In this document: piece after piece, positions 41,984 to 49,951 of the stretch
Position numbering within the stretch: the stretch's first letter is position 1
Layout: each line of letters opens with the position of its first letter
DNA from: Candidatus Latescibacterota bacterium
GTDB lineage: Bacteria > Latescibacterota > UBA2968 > UBA8231
NCBI GenBank assembly: GCA_964291625.2
Contig: OZ220089.1
Location: 2,016,001 to 2,080,000, forward strand
Length of the DNA stretch: 64,000 nt
Reading direction: 5' to 3'
The notes under the pieces: model-generated
What the model saw: the letters and a program-made list of their open reading frames with translations, nothing else
Database searches by the model: none
What the model was told of the DNA's origin: nothing
Made by a program: the position numbers and the translations under genes

Positions 41984-42252
41984 TCCAGTCCCTTCTCTTT
42001 CAGGTGGGCCTTCATCCTGGCGATGACGCCGTCGTCGTCCTCGCACTCGGCCACCAGCCGGGTGAACTCCTCGGCCGACATCCGCACGTTCTGCAGAAAC
42101 CGCTGGTCCGCCGGACAGGGATAGATGTAGGCGCCGATGCGGCCCTGGTCGGTGGCCCGCGCCTTGTCGGTGATGCGGGCCAGCCACGGGATGTCGCCGA
42201 TGACCAGCCCCCGCGCCCGGGGTTTGAAGTCGAAGGATTGGCTATCGCTCAC
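41980..42252 (-). CDS. DUF5069-like small protein
   Basis: PR...G..WLARITDKARA...G.IGAYIYPCPADQRFL pattern. Confidence 0.7.
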   Translation of the reverse strand: MSDSQSFDFKPRARGLVIGDIPWLARITDKARATDQGRIGAYIYPCPADQRFLQNVRMSAEEFTRLVAECEDDDGVIARMKAHLKEKGLD

Positions 42253-43279
42253 GGGGTCGATCCTGGAAGGAGAGGGTGTGGTTGGCGCCGAGCCGGCGGC
42301 GCAACTCGGCGGTGAGTGGGTCCGCGCTGAGGGGCTCGATCAGCTTGCGCGCCAGGGGAGGGGGGAGGGCGCCGGCGCCGTCCCGGCGCCAGCGCCCGGC
42401 CAGCAGCAGATGGTAGATCAGGTGGTGCCCGTCGAGGCAGGATCGCGACCCCTCGTCGAGGCCGCAGCCCGCGAGGCTGCCGGGGTCGAGCAGGCACGTC
42501 TCCGCCGGCCCTTCGGCGTCGGCGATCGAAGTATACTGAACGGCTCTTCGGGGGGTCCAGTCCCAGCCGATCTTGGACAACTCGAGGAAGGTCAGGCGCA
42601 CTCCGCCGGCGTCGACGACGATGTTCCCCGGCTGGTAGTCGGTGGGCCCGAGACAGGACGGGAACCGCGCCAGTCGACGGTGCAGCCGCCGCAGGGATCG
42701 TTCCGCCAGCGCCGGCCAACCGCCGCCGGGCGGCAGCAGGTCCCGCAGGACGGTGACGGCCTCCTCCCCCGCCTCCGCCCAGGCGCGCTCCAGATCCCGG
42801 CGGGAAGCCCCGGGGGCCGCCCGTCCCTCCCACTCGCCCTCCGACAGGGCCGTCTCGATGCGAACGATCCCGCGCCAGACCGCCGCCAGCCACCGGCGTC
42901 GAGTGCCCGGATCCCTCTCCACGGGCAGCACCTCGGCGAGGGTGCGCGGACCGACGTACTCGAGGAGGATGATCTGGGCCTCGGGGTCGGCGCCGAAGGC
43001 GGCAGGCACCGGAGAGCCGCGGCGGCGAAGGTGACGCAGGACCTCGACCTCGAGGCGCACCAGGTCGTGAGGCTCGCCGCGGGTCAGCAGCCCCTGGAGC
43101 TGGTGCTTGGCCACCACCCGCCCGCCGTCCGACAGATCCAGGCGCCAGACGTCTTCGGCGATCCGGTGGATGGCGGCCACCGCCGGACGGCCGGGAACCA
43201 GCCCGGGCACGACCTCTCGCAGACGGTCGTGGACCGCCGCCGTCCACTGGGCCTCGGTGGGCGGCGCGCCGGCCGCCAC
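42242..43279 (-). CDS. Aminoglycoside-phosphotransferase/kinase-like protein
   Basis: VVAK, E..VL..L, PVP, LLEYVG, PTDYQPGNI. Confidence 0.65.
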   Translation of the reverse strand: MAAGAPPTEAQWTAAVHDRLREVVPGLVPGRPAVAAIHRIAEDVWRLDLSDGGRVVAKHQLQGLLTRGEPHDLVRLEVEVLRHLRRRGSPVPAAFGADPEAQIILLEYVGPRTLAEVLPVERDPGTRRRWLAAVWRGIVRIETALSEGEWEGRAAPGASRRDLERAWAEAGEEAVTVLRDLLPPGGGWPALAERSLRRLHRRLARFPSCLGPTDYQPGNIVVDAGGVRLTFLELSKIGWDWTPRRAVQYTSIADAEGPAETCLLDPGSLAGCGLDEGSRSCLDGHHLIYHLLLAGRWRRDGAGALPPPLARKLIEPLSADPLTAELRRRLGANHTLSFQDRPRER

Positions 43280-43647
43280 TAATCGAAGAGGATGACCTGA
43301 GCGACCACCTTGCCGGCCTGGCAGTTGTGGCCGGGGTGGTCGTTCATGGCGAGAAACAGGGTGCCCTCGCAGTCGGCCAGGGTGTCGCAGCGGCTGCCCA
43401 CGGCGAAGACCGGGCCGTCGCCGATGCGGGCGATCAGGGCGCCCACGTTGGCCCCGGGCATCAGGTAGCCCTCGTCGGCGGTGTGGTTGTAGACGCCGTC
43501 TGCGCCGCACCAGGCGATCTGGTCGCGCATGTCGGGCGACCAGGTCTCCTCCACGTCGAAGACGACTCGCTGCCCCTGGCGCACCGAGATCAGGGTGTCC
43601 TGCCAGGTGGGGCTCGGCCGCACGGTTCGCAGAATGGTAAGGGCCAT
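43279..43647 (-). CDS. Small beta-sandwich protein resembling the PA-IL/LecA lectin family
   Basis: WQDT, GALIARIG..PVFAVG, GTLFLAMND pattern. Confidence 0.55.
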   Translation of the reverse strand: MALTILRTVRPSPTWQDTLISVRQGQRVVFDVEETWSPDMRDQIAWCGADGVYNHTADEGYLMPGANVGALIARIGDGPVFAVGSRCDTLADCEGTLFLAMNDHPGHNCQAGKVVAQVILFD

Positions 43648-43699
43648 GCAGGCTACGCTAACCGTTTTCGGCAGCGGCAGCAATCACCCGAGGCCGGCC

Positions 43700-44779
43700 T
43701 CAATCCAGCTCCGGTCCCAGGCGCAGCGAGTGGGTCTTGATGAGGCAGAACACGGGCAGCCCGGGCGCCAGGCCCAGCTCTCCCACGGCCTCGGGGGTGA
43801 CCTTGACCGCCAGGCGCCGGCCCACGTCGACGTGGACCAGCCGGGTGGCGCCCACCTCGGCGATCTCCGTGACCTTCCCGGCGAGAGCGTTGCGCACGCT
43901 CAGCCCCTCGGGCGCCACCCGCGTGAGGATGACGTCGTCGGCCCGCAACCCGAGGAACAACCGCGTGCCCACCGGCCGGTCGCACCAGGGGATGCGCAGC
44001 TCCTGGCCGGCGCAGCGCGCCCGGCAGGCGCCGCTCTCCCCATCGCTGGCCACGATCTCCACGGGCAGGACGTTCTCGAAGCCGAACTCGTCGACGAGAG
44101 GCAGCACCCTCGGGTCGGAGGCGATGCGGAAGAAATCGCCGTGGGCGACGACGCGCCCCCGGTCGAGGACGATCACCTCGCGGGTCAGCTCCAGGATCTC
44201 CGCCGCCGAGTGGCTGACGTAGAGGACGGGGATTCCGAGGTCGGAGCGCACGTGCCGCAGGTAGGGGATGATGCGGCTCTTGAGGCCCTGGTCGAGGGAG
44301 GCCAGGGGCTCGTCCATCAGCAGCAGCCGCGGCGAGGCCAGCAGCGCCCGGCCCAGGGCCACGCGCTGGCCCTCGCCGCCGGACAGGTTCCGCGGCCTGC
44401 GGTCGAGGAGCGGTCCGATCTCGAGCAGTTCGGCGATCCGCCCGGGCTCGAAGCGTCGCTGCGCCGCCGGCAGCAGGTCGTAGCCGAAGCGCAGGTTGTC
44501 CCCCACGCTCAGGTGCGGAAACAGCAGGTCCTGCTGGAAGACGCAGCCCAGCCGCCGCGCCTCCGGGGGCAGGTCGATGCCGGTCTCGGCATCGTAGAGG
44601 ACCTCGCCGTCCAGCTCGACGCGGCCGGCCTCCGGCCGCAGCAGACCGGCGACCATGTTGAGCAGCGAGGTCTTGCCGCTTCCGGAGGGCCCGAAGACGG
44701 CGGTGGCCGCACCCCCGCAACGGACGTCCAGGTCGAACTCGAAGTCCGCCAGGCGGCGCCTCAGGCGCAGGGTCAGCAC
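43700..44779 (-). CDS. modC: Molybdate ABC transporter ATPase
   Basis: GPSGSGKT, LFPHLSV, LSGGE, DEPLASLD, C-terminal TOBE/Mop SVRN. Confidence 0.93.
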   Translation of the reverse strand: MLTLRLRRRLADFEFDLDVRCGGAATAVFGPSGSGKTSLLNMVAGLLRPEAGRVELDGEVLYDAETGIDLPPEARRLGCVFQQDLLFPHLSVGDNLRFGYDLLPAAQRRFEPGRIAELLEIGPLLDRRPRNLSGGEGQRVALGRALLASPRLLLMDEPLASLDQGLKSRIIPYLRHVRSDLGIPVLYVSHSAAEILELTREVIVLDRGRVVAHGDFFRIASDPRVLPLVDEFGFENVLPVEIVASDGESGACRARCAGQELRIPWCDRPVGTRLFLGLRADDVILTRVAPEGLSVRNALAGKVTEIAEVGATRLVHVDVGRRLAVKVTPEAVGELGLAPGLPVFCLIKTHSLRLGPELD

Positions 44780-44783
44780 GGCT

Positions 44784-45458
44784 TCACCCGCGCTTCCTGC
44801 GGCGCGCCGCCCACTCGCTGCCCAGCAGGGCCGCCAGCGACACGGCCACCGAGATCCACACCAGCCGCAGGGCGGCCGCCTCGCCGCCGGGCTGGTTGAG
44901 GCTGGTGTAGATGGCCAGCGGGATCGTGCGAGTCTCGCCCGGAATGTTGGCGGCGAAGGTGATGGTGGCCCCGAACTCGCCGAGGCTGCGGGCGAAGGCG
45001 AGCAGTGCGCCCACCCAGAGCCCGGACGCCGCCAGCGGCAGGGTGACGGTGAGGAAGGCCCGCACCCGCCCCGCCCCGAGGGTCCGCGCCATCCCCTCCA
45101 GGCGCGGGTCCACGTCCTCGATGGCCAGCCGCACCGCCCTCAGGGACAGGGGAAAGGCGACCACCGCCGAGGCCAGGGCCGCCCCCTTCCAGTCGAAGGC
45201 CAGGGACAGTCCGATACCGTCCAGCAGAGGCCCCAGGAGCCCCCGCTTTCCGAACAGGCGCAGCAGCAGGTAGCCGGTGACCACGGGCGGCAGTACCAGG
45301 GGCAGGTGGCAGAGTCCGTCCAGGACGAACTTGCCGGGGAAGTCGCGCCGCGCCAGCAGCCATCCCAGGGCGACCGCCGCGGGCAGGCTGAGGAGGACGC
45401 AGGCCAGGGCCACGCGCAGCGACAGCCCCAGCACCTCCCACTCCTGGGGGGTGAGCAA
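44784..45458 (-). CDS. modB: Molybdate ABC transporter permease
   Basis: LPLVLPPVVTGY, FARSLGEFGAT, NIPGETRTIP. Confidence 0.95.
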   Translation of the reverse strand: MLTPQEWEVLGLSLRVALACVLLSLPAAVALGWLLARRDFPGKFVLDGLCHLPLVLPPVVTGYLLLRLFGKRGLLGPLLDGIGLSLAFDWKGAALASAVVAFPLSLRAVRLAIEDVDPRLEGMARTLGAGRVRAFLTVTLPLAASGLWVGALLAFARSLGEFGATITFAANIPGETRTIPLAIYTSLNQPGGEAAALRLVWISVAVSLAALLGSEWAARRRKRG

Positions 45459-45462
45459 AGGG

Positions 45463-46269
45463 CTACTCCACCGGGGGCGGAGGGTCGCCGCCGAGGACGG
45501 TGAAGCCGTGCCGGCGGAAGACCGCCGCCGCCGCGGTCGACCGCAGCCGCCCGAGAAGCTCCCGCACCGCCGGGGAGTCTCGGCCGGCGGCCACCGCCGC
45601 GGGATAGCGGATCGGCGCGTGCAGACTGTCCGCCAGTTCCGCCGCCACCCGCACCCGCCGGCTGACGGCGGCATCGGTGGCGTACACGACGCCGGCCTCG
45701 CACTCGCCGCGCTCGACGTAGAGAAGGGCGGCGCGCACATCGGGGGCCGGGGCGAGTCGGTGCTTCAGCGCCGGCCACCAGCCCAGGGCCCGCAGCGCCT
45801 GGCGGGCGTAGATCCCGGCCGGGACGTGGTCGGGATCGCCCAGGGCCAGGCGCCCACGGAAGGCTCCCGCCAGGTCGAACCCGGGCCGGGGCTCGACCTC
45901 CAGGCCGCTGCCCGCCGGCGTGACCACCACCAGGCGGTTGGCGAGCAGGTCGAAGCGCGTCCCGGCGTCGATGCGCCCCTTCTCCTGGAGGTAGTCCATC
46001 CACCGCGGATTGGCCGACACGAAGAGATCGGCGGGGGCGCCAGCATCGATCTGCCGCGCCAGCGACGAGGAGCCGGCAAAGGAGAGCCGCACCCGCGGGA
46101 AGGTGTGGCGCGGCAGGATCTCGGTGAGCGCGCTGGTCAGGCTGGCGGCGGCGAAGAGCCCCACCGCCGACCCTCCGTGGGCCGACTCCTGCGCCCAGGT
46201 ATCGGCGGCGGCCAAGTGGAGGACAGCGGCCAGGCGCAGTGCCTGCGCCCACCGGCGGGGGACGGTCAC
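45463..46269 (-). CDS. modA: Molybdate ABC transporter substrate-binding protein
   Basis: FAAASL, FAGSSSLARQI, GDPDHVPAGIYA, DVRAAL, VYATDA; GTG at 46269 with GGAGG upstream. Confidence 0.93.
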   Translation of the reverse strand: MTVPRRWAQALRLAAVLHLAAADTWAQESAHGGSAVGLFAAASLTSALTEILPRHTFPRVRLSFAGSSSLARQIDAGAPADLFVSANPRWMDYLQEKGRIDAGTRFDLLANRLVVVTPAGSGLEVEPRPGFDLAGAFRGRLALGDPDHVPAGIYARQALRALGWWPALKHRLAPAPDVRAALLYVERGECEAGVVYATDAAVSRRVRVAAELADSLHAPIRYPAAVAAGRDSPAVRELLGRLRSTAAAAVFRRHGFTVLGGDPPPPVE

Positions 46270-46304
46270 GGGGCCTCCAGGCAAGGGTCCACGGAGCCCG
46301 GCAG

Positions 46305-46333
46305 AGATTGCGGCCCCCGGCCGCAAGCGTCAA
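46305..46333 (-). promoter_or_regulatory. Possible sigma70 promoter of modABC
   Basis: Minus strand TTGACG-17 nt-CAATCT. Confidence 0.4.
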
Positions 46334-46370
46334 TGGCCGGGGGCTTCCCCCCGCGCTACCTTCCCGCCCC

Positions 46371-47441
46371 ATGTCACCCGGACCTCTCGACTCTCTCGAC
46401 CTCCTCACCGGGATGCTGCAAGTCCCTTGCCCCTCCGGCCGCGAGGAGCGCATGGCGGCCTTTCTGGCCGGCGAGCTGAGCGCCCTCGGCGCCAGGCCCC
46501 GCCAGGACGGCCAGGGCAACCTCTGGGTCGAGATCGCCGGCCGCGATCCGGGACCCGGGGTGGCCATCGCCAGTCACACCGACGAGATCGGCATGGTAGT
46601 CACCGCGGTGGAGGCCGACGGCGCCCTTCGCGTGCAGCGCTCCGGCGGGCTCCACCCCTTCAAGCTCGGCGAGGGGCCGGTGGTGCTCGTCGCCGACGGC
46701 GGCGACGTGCCCGCTCACCTGAGCTTCGGCTCCACCCACACCAGCGATCCCGAAGATCCGATGACCGGGTTCGCCCAGGGCCGCCACGGAATCACCTGGG
46801 CGCACACCCGCCTGATCACCGGGCGGTCCCCCCGGGAACTGGCCGACCTGGGGGTCCGGGTGGGCACCTGCGCCGTGCCGTCGGCCGGCGTGCGGGGGCC
46901 GAACGTCTTCGGCCCCGAGGAGGATCCCCTGGTCTCGGCCTGGATCTTCGACAACCGCGGCGGCAGCCTGACGCTGCTCAAGCTGTATGAGCGCCTGCGG
47001 CAGGCCGGCCTCGAGCCGAGGCGGACCCTGCACCTCTGCTTCCTCGTTCAGGAGGAGACGGGACTCCTGGGCGCCAGGGGCTGGGTGCGCCGCAACGAGG
47101 TGGAGACCTTCATCGCCGTCGACTCCACGCCCATGCCGCGGGGCACCTCCCTCGAGCTCGACGGGAGGCCCGCCACCTGGTCGCGCGACAGCCGGGTCCA
47201 CTTCCACCAGGGCCTGATCGCGGAGCTGGACGAGGCCGCCGTTCGCGCCGGGACGGGCCTTCAGTACGCCGTCTACTCGGCCGCCGCATCCGACGCCACC
47301 GGCGTGCTCGAGGCCGGCGGCGCCCCCCGCTGCGCCACCATCGGCTATCCGCGGGAGAACTCCCACGGCTACGAGGTTGTGCGCTGGACGGTCTTCGACA
47401 ATCTGGAACGGACCCTCTTCGAGTACGTCGCCGCCCTCTGA
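46371..47441 (+). CDS. M42-family metallo-aminopeptidase
   Basis: PSGRE, SHTDEIG, FDNRGG, QEETG, AVD, NSHGYE. Confidence 0.85.
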   Translation: MSPGPLDSLDLLTGMLQVPCPSGREERMAAFLAGELSALGARPRQDGQGNLWVEIAGRDPGPGVAIASHTDEIGMVVTAVEADGALRVQRSGGLHPFKLGEGPVVLVADGGDVPAHLSFGSTHTSDPEDPMTGFAQGRHGITWAHTRLITGRSPRELADLGVRVGTCAVPSAGVRGPNVFGPEEDPLVSAWIFDNRGGSLTLLKLYERLRQAGLEPRRTLHLCFLVQEETGLLGARGWVRRNEVETFIAVDSTPMPRGTSLELDGRPATWSRDSRVHFHQGLIAELDEAAVRAGTGLQYAVYSAAASDATGVLEAGGAPRCATIGYPRENSHGYEVVRWTVFDNLERTLFEYVAAL

Positions 47442-47450
47442 AGGCCGCCC

Positions 47451-48812
47451 TTGGAGCTCGCCGCTCTGCAGGACCGCCGCCTGGCCCTCCTGGGTCTCGG
47501 CGTCGAGAACCAGGCCCTGGGCCGCTGGCTGGCCTCTCGGGGACTCGGCTTCGCCGTCTGCGATGCAGATCCCGCCCGCCGCCTCGATGGTGACCCCTGG
47601 AAGGGGGCGGTCCGGAACTGGCGCCTCGGTCCCGGGTGCTTCGACCGACTCCACGACTTCGATCTGCTCTTCCGCTCCCCCGGCATCCCGGCCCTGCGCC
47701 CGGAGCTGGAGCAGGCCCGCCGGCGCGGCACGGAGGTCAGCAGCCAGACCGCGCTCTTCCTCGAACGCTGCCCGGCGCCGGTGATCGGCATCACCGGGAC
47801 CAAGGGCAAGGGCACGACCGCCTCCCTCCTGGACTCGATCCTGCGGCGGGAGCCCGGTCTGTCCCCACACCTGGGGGGCAACATCGGAATACCGCCCGTC
47901 AGCTTCCTCGACGACCTGTCCGCTGCAGACGTGGTCGTGCTGGAGCTCTCCAGCTTCCAGCTCCAGGATCTGGATCGAAGCCCCCACGGGGCCGTGATCC
48001 TGCCCGTAACCCTCGACCATCTCGACTACCACGCCAGCCGGGCGGAGTACGTCGAAGCCAAGGCGGCGATCTGCCGCGGCCAGGGCCGCGGCGACTGGGT
48101 CCTCTCCAACGCCGACGACGCCACCGCCGGCGAGCTCGCCGCGCGGAGCCCTGGACGGAGCCTCGGGTTCCGGGCCGCGCCGCCCCTGGAGGGCGATGGC
48201 TGCTGGAGCGAGGGGGGCGAGATCCGCTGGCGGGAGGACGGCCGGGTCGAGAGCCTGGCCGCGGTGAGCGATCTCCGTCTGCGGGGGACCCACAACCTCG
48301 CCAACGCCTGCGCCGCCGCCGGGGCGGCGCGCCTGTGCGGCGCTTCCGCCGCGGCCGTCGGACAGGGTCTGAGCGCCGTCGAGTCCCTCCCGCACCGCCT
48401 CGAGGAGGTGGCAGAGCGGGGCGGCGTGCTGTTCGTCAACGACTCCCTGGCGACGACGCCGGAGGCGGCGGCGGCGGGCCTGGCGGCGTATGCCGGCCGA
48501 GCGGTGGTCCTCATCGCCGGGGGAGCCTCCAAGGGCGGGACCTTCGAAGGACTGGGAACCGCCATCGCCCGGTCGGCGGCGGCCCTGGTGACCCTGGGAG
48601 AGGAGGGTCCGGCCATCGCCGCCGCCGCCAGGGCCGCCGGATTCCGCGGACCGGAGGCCGCCGACTGCCCGTCCATGGAGGCGGCGGTCCACGGGGCCGC
48701 CGGGCTGGCCCCGGCCGGCGGCGTCGTGCTGCTGTCGCCGGGCTGCGCCAGCTTCGGCATGTTCTCCGGCTATGCCGCCCGGGGAGAGGCCTTCAGGGCC
48801 GCCGTCGGTTGA
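47451..48812 (+). CDS. murD: UDP-N-acetylmuramoyl-L-alanine--D-glutamate ligase
   Basis: GITGTKGKGTT, GGNIG, ELSSFQL, DHLDYH, PHRLE, NDS.AT, LIAGG, LLSPGCASF. Confidence 0.9.
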   Translation: MELAALQDRRLALLGLGVENQALGRWLASRGLGFAVCDADPARRLDGDPWKGAVRNWRLGPGCFDRLHDFDLLFRSPGIPALRPELEQARRRGTEVSSQTALFLERCPAPVIGITGTKGKGTTASLLDSILRREPGLSPHLGGNIGIPPVSFLDDLSAADVVVLELSSFQLQDLDRSPHGAVILPVTLDHLDYHASRAEYVEAKAAICRGQGRGDWVLSNADDATAGELAARSPGRSLGFRAAPPLEGDGCWSEGGEIRWREDGRVESLAAVSDLRLRGTHNLANACAAAGAARLCGASAAAVGQGLSAVESLPHRLEEVAERGGVLFVNDSLATTPEAAAAGLAAYAGRAVVLIAGGASKGGTFEGLGTAIARSAAALVTLGEEGPAIAAAARAAGFRGPEAADCPSMEAAVHGAAGLAPAGGVVLLSPGCASFGMFSGYAARGEAFRAAVG

Positions 48813-48903
48813 CACCGGCCCGAGGCGGGAGAGGCCGACCGGCGGGACTCCGCTGCTGGATCCCGACGAACCCGCGCCGCCCGAACCGGGGACGCTTTTT
48901 CCC

Positions 48904-48933
48904 TTGACATTGTGCCAGAGCCCCGGATAGGTT
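48904..48933 (+). promoter_or_regulatory. Sigma70-type promoter
   Basis: TTGACA-18 nt-TAGGTT; the same -10 hexamer as the dnaE promoter. Confidence 0.65.
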
Positions 48934-48939
48934 GATCCG

Positions 48940-49348
48940 CGTTGCATCGGAACTCACCAGATGGACTTCGGGGAGCTTTCAAGAGCCGGATGATCAGCCG
49001 AATCCCACATTCCCCCTCGCACCCGATCAGGTTTACGGGTCAGCAGGCGGCGTTCTCCGGGACGACCGCCCCCTCCGCCTCTGGCGGCTGCCGGGGCGTA
49101 TCGGGCCCGGCCGAAGGGGGGATGGGGTTCCACCGGCTCCACAGGAACGAGATCACCCCGATGACCGTCCCCGGTTCCACCGTGGGCGGGGCGGTCATCA
49201 AGCCCCGGACGGGGCCTGCAGCGGGAGGAGATCCCGGAGGTTGAATCGCTGAAGCGACAGCGACGACAGCCGTGGGGATCGGATCCCAACGGCTTTTGCC
49301 AGCCGGCTGCAGGCTCCCGCAAGGGGAACACCTGCAGCCGGTTTTTTT
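48940..49348 (+). ncRNA. Candidate large structured non-coding RNA or leader of unknown family (about 410 nt)
   Basis: Bounded by a promoter and an intrinsic terminator; a back-to-back series of hairpins; no credible ORF. Confidence 0.55.
49303..49348 (+). terminator. Rho-independent terminator
   Basis: 11-bp stem CCGGCTGCAGG/CCTGCAGCCGG with an inner GCAA tetraloop hairpin, then T7. Confidence 0.85.
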
Positions 49349-49641
49349 GTTGCATCCGGAGTCCGCCGGGGTCGCTCCCCACGGACTCCGAAGAAGCGCG
49401 GGACCCGCGATCGGTACGGCACGCGGGCCGGCGCCGGAACCTCCGTCGACGGATGGGGGTTCACAATTCGGGGGCGGTGTCCGCAGGACCGGGCCCACTC
49501 ACCGCCCGCCGGCATCCACCCGCCCGGCGGGGTCACGGCTGCTGGAACAGGAGGCCAGCGTCGTCCCGCCCGAACTCGCGAACCCCCCGCGGCGGCGAGA
49601 CCGCGGCGACGTTCGCATGCATCGCGAGAGGAAGGAGACCG

Positions 49642-49824
49642 ATGCAGAAGGTCCCGAGAGAGTGGATCGAAAGAGCAGCCCGGGTCTACAACAGCAACGC
49701 CGAGGCCAGCAAGGCTCTTGGCATCGCGGGGGGCACCTTCGGCCGCCTCTGCCGCCAGTACGGAATCGAGACTCCCTTCGCCCGCCAGCGCAACGCCCGC
49801 CAGGCGGCGCGGTCCCGGGCCTAG
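49642..49824 (+). CDS. 60-aa helix-turn-helix-like protein
   Basis: AAGGAG RBS; MQKVPREWIERAARVYNSNAEASKALGIAGGTFGRLCRQYGIETP has the Fis-like A..LGI....F.R...YGI pattern. Confidence 0.75.
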   Translation: MQKVPREWIERAARVYNSNAEASKALGIAGGTFGRLCRQYGIETPFARQRNARQAARSRA

Positions 49825-49951
49825 GAGACACGGACCCGGCTCCGACGCGAGAGCCGGAGAGAGGGCTGCCCCCGGCAGCCGCGAGACAATCCTCGACCAA
49901 CGCCCGCCGGTCCGGGCGCCACCGGGCCGGCGGGCGCTACTTTTCCGCACC

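Noticed and set aside
49008-49062. TPP-riboswitch-like string on the minus strand (GACCCGTAAACCTGATC...GCGAGGGGGA)
   Set aside because: It lacks CTGAGA and the P5 stem-loop, and points at the 3' end of murD with no gene to regulate.
49126-49182. T-box-like GGTGGAACC on the minus strand (twice)
   Set aside because: No stem I or specifier and no downstream minus-strand gene; better treated as a plus-strand repeat.
48932-49498. Short ORFs of 100-152 aa across the murD-HTH gap
   Set aside because: Pro/Gly/Arg-rich, with no convincing RBS or codon bias, and they cross the terminator or hairpins.
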